Below are positions 5,167-6,007 of a stretch of 6,007 bases of DNA, piece after piece (position 1 is the stretch's first letter; each line of letters begins with the position of its first letter). The position numbers and the translations under genes were made by a program. The notes beneath the pieces are model-generated. The model had not been told where the DNA came from, did not search any database, and saw only the letters and a list, made by a program, of their open reading frames with translations. The stretch is taken from positions 1-6,007 of IMG/VR virus record IMGVR_UViG_3300013939_000005. One strand, given 5' to 3'. This DNA is from a virus.

Positions 5167-5645
5167 AGCGGTGCCTCCGTGGCGGCATGGGAAAGCCGCC
5201 TGGGAGGCAAGAGCCGGTCCAACAGCAGTCGCAGCAGGGACCAGTAGTACTGCCAGACCCGCCGAACCGCCCCCATAGCCAATTTCGCATAATGCATAGA
5301 ACGCGCCTGCTCAAAGTCGCCTGTGGCCGCATCAGCGTGTAAGGGCAGGGCAACCAGCACCCCCAGCAATAGGGAGGCAGCGGTTGCGGCCAGCTTGCGC
5401 CATAAGGCCTTCTCTCGCGGGCTGTGCGCGGTTTCCTGTAAGTGGCTGGCAACCGTTGCCCGAATGTCCCAGCCAAGGGCCTGCGCGCAGCCAATTACCG
5501 CGTCCACGTCCATTGACCGAATCCCGGTGACGTAGTTGTTAAACCGGGGTGGCTGTAACCCTGCGAGCCGCGCAAGTCCTGCCTGTGATTCGTTCGGGTA
5601 CTTCTCTTGGAGGGCCTGAATTAGCCGTTCCTGCGTGCTCATCAT
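5163..5645 (-). CDS. HTH DNA-binding regulator (putative immunity repressor) with a central hydrophobic/TM segment, about 160 aa
   Basis: The N-terminus QERLIQALQEKYPNESQAGLARLAGLQPPRFNNYVTG fits a helix-turn-helix (about 5526-5588). Hydrophobic segment AATAASLLLGVLVALPL lies at about 5340-5393. It is divergent from the main promoter and adjacent to repeated operator-like motifs. SD AGGTG (complement of 5649-5653) favours the second Met (5642) as the start. The opposite-strand repressor of about 160-165 aa matches my recollection of Cf1-type Xanthomonas phages, which I could not verify. Confidence 0.75.
   Translation of the reverse strand: MMSTQERLIQALQEKYPNESQAGLARLAGLQPPRFNNYVTGIRSMDVDAVIGCAQALGWDIRATVASHLQETAHSPREKALWRKLAATAASLLLGVLVALPLHADAATGDFEQARSMHYAKLAMGAVRRVWQYYWSLLRLLLDRLLPPRRLSHAATEAPL
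5282..5298 (-). other. dif-like candidate attP core (XerC-arm plus central-region look-alike)
   Basis: The + strand reads ATTTCGCATAA-TGCATA. Compared with E. coli dif GGTGCGCATAA-TGTATA-TTATGTTAAAT, it matches 8/11 in the XerC arm and 5/6 in the central region. The XerD arm is not conserved (2/11). The reverse complement TATGCATTATGCGAA differs at one base from the 15-nt attP/dif core TATACATTATGCGAA that I recall for Xanthomonas filamentous phages (Cf1c, phiLf, XacF1). That recollection needs verification. Confidence 0.5.
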
Positions 5646-5710
5646 TCACACCTGTTGACATTGCATTCACGGGTGTTTATACAGTGCCCAGCATTCACGC
5701 GTGTGAATGC
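5643..5710. promoter_or_regulatory. Operator-like repeats: four copies of CATTCAC around the promoter
   Basis: CATTCAC occurs at 5643-5649 (overlapping the repressor start codons), 5664-5670 (promoter spacer) and 5692-5698. It occurs inverted as GTGAATG at 5703-5709. The last two form the palindrome GCATTCAC-gcgt-GTGAATGC (5691-5710) just downstream of the -10 element. Confidence 0.55.
5655..5683 (+). promoter_or_regulatory. Near-consensus sigma70 promoter for the main + strand operon
   Basis: TTGACA (5655-5660), a 17-nt spacer, then TATACA (5678-5683). It lies in the only sizeable intergenic region, oriented toward the first + ORF at 5776. Confidence 0.7.
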
Positions 5711-5711
5711 G

Positions 5712-5744
5712 CCCCTCCCCGGTCGCCCTTGGCCGGGGCAGGGG
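5712..5744. repeat. GC-rich imperfect hairpin (11 bp, one bulged C) in the leader of the + operon
   Basis: CCCCTCCCCGG (5712-5722) pairs with CCGGGG-C-AGGGG (5733-5744). The loop is TCGCCCTTGG. No T-tract follows. Confidence 0.8.
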
Positions 5745-5748
5745 ACTT

Positions 5749-5764
5749 CAAGGGCACAAGGGCA
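5749..5764. repeat. Perfect tandem 8-mer CAAGGGCA x2, part of a GGGCA-rich repeat cluster
   Basis: CAAGGGCA occurs at 5749-5756 and 5757-5764. GGGCAGGG also occurs at 5736-5743 and 5760-5767. Confidence 0.9.
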
Positions 5765-5775
5765 GGGAACTACCC

Positions 5776-5943
5776 ATGACGCTGGACCAGTGGAATGCGC
5801 TTCAACCGCGCATTGTCGATGTGCAACGCCTCGCCCTGCTGTTCGCCGAACTCGGCGAAAGCAAGGTCAGCTACCTGCTAATGCAGGCCGCCACGCGCGC
5901 CGCCCGCATCAAGCCGGTGAAGGAAGCAGGGGAGGGCGCATGA
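5776..5943 (+). CDS. Small protein in the Cro position, 55 aa, possible HTH
   Basis: First ORF downstream of the promoter. AGGGA (5764-5768) lies 7 nt upstream of ATG 5776. The segment LFAELGESKVSYLLMQAATR loosely fits an HTH pattern. The stop overlaps the next ATG (ATGA 5940-5943). The track start ATG 5707 lies in the operator palindrome without an SD and is considered less likely. Confidence 0.5.
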   Translation: MTLDQWNALQPRIVDVQRLALLFAELGESKVSYLLMQAATRAARIKPVKEAGEGA

Positions 5944-6007
5944 GCGCCCTCTCTTCCATCGCACTGGGAATCGCGCTGCTGCTGGTCTGCGCCACCCTCA
6001 TTGCCGC
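5930..6007. repeat. Right copy of the exact 78-nt terminal redundancy (identical to 1-78)
   Basis: Same comparison as for the left copy. This fits circular-genome wrap-around or the start of a second tandem unit. Confidence 0.97.
5940..6007 (+). CDS. Second (partial) copy of the 65-aa membrane protein gene seen at 11-208
   Basis: Identical to nt 11-78 and truncated by the window end. It shows that the gene at 11 is translationally coupled to 5776-5943 across the circular junction. Confidence 0.6.
   Translation, partial: MSALSSIALGIALLLVCATLIA

Larger units (their letters stand above)
1..5929. mobile_element. One complete genome unit (5929 bp) of a small filamentous Inovirus-like phage, prophage or replicative form
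   Basis: Canonical inovirus order: Rep, ssDNA-binding protein, small membrane protein, major coat, pIII-like, pVI-like, Zot/pI ATPase. A divergent repressor module follows. The sequence closes on itself (1-78 = 5930-6007). ORFs run seamlessly across the junction, with the ATGA overlap at 5940-5943. Confidence 0.85.

Noticed and set aside
5150-5494. 114-aa minus-strand ORF in a second frame over the repressor gene
   Set aside because: Its composition is Pro/Arg/Cys/Trp-rich with no SD. The HTH-bearing frame (5163-5645) is far better supported.
5676-5707. Minus-strand promoter for the repressor gene (TTCACA ... TATAAA, or TGTATA on the reverse strand)
   Set aside because: Spacing is 20 nt to TATAAA. 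The 18-nt alternative has a poor -10 (TGTATA) lacking the conserved A2 and T6. A repressor promoter must exist near here, but I cannot place it from sequence alone.
5707-5775. Longer version of the first + ORF starting at ATG 5707 (78 aa)
   Set aside because: That ATG lies inside the operator palindrome with no SD. The extension runs through the GC hairpin and direct repeats, giving a Pro/Gly/Arg-rich translation. ATG 5776 has an AGGGA SD. It cannot be fully excluded.
1-6007. tRNA, rRNA, CRISPR array, transposase/IS element, integrase, toxin cargo (ctx-like)
   Set aside because: I saw no cloverleaf-capable segments and no spaced direct repeat arrays. No ORFs have recombinase or transposase size or motifs. 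All sizeable ORFs are accounted for by the inovirus core and regulatory genes.

Overview
The window holds one complete 5,929-bp unit of a small, GC-rich filamentous phage (Inovirus-like), either a genome or a prophage, plus 78 nt of redundancy. Nt 1-78 are identical to nt 5930-6007, so the sequence closes on itself, as a circular molecule or a head-to-tail tandem copy. It is almost entirely coding. The long + strand operon starts at a near-consensus sigma70 promoter (5655-5683). It encodes four tiny ORFs (5776-5943, 5940->208 across the junction, 205-348, 345-530), an HUH rolling-circle Rep (527-1282) and an ssDNA-binding protein (1279-1548). These are followed by a small membrane protein (1552-1758) and a Pf3-type major coat protein (1770-1901) with a strong intrinsic terminator (1916-1941). 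Then come a pIII-like adsorption protein (1963-3213), a pVI-like protein (3206-3493), a Zot/pI assembly ATPase (3490-4614) and a small two-TM protein (4663-4860). A convergent minus-strand module (5645->4885) encodes an HTH repressor-like protein with a hydrophobic segment, translationally coupled to a Trp-rich 93-aa protein. No integrase, secretin (pIV), tRNA, rRNA or CRISPR is visible. The most notable observations follow. A dif-like (XerC arm plus central region) candidate attP lies inside the repressor gene. A repeated CATTCAC operator motif is wrapped around the divergent promoter. Seven ATGA stop/start overlaps chain the genes together. GC content drops clearly across the morphogenesis block. 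Several perfect hairpins or short direct repeats are the only candidates for origins or a packaging signal in a genome with no large intergenic region. All functional calls rest on motifs, architecture and synteny read by eye; no database search was possible.
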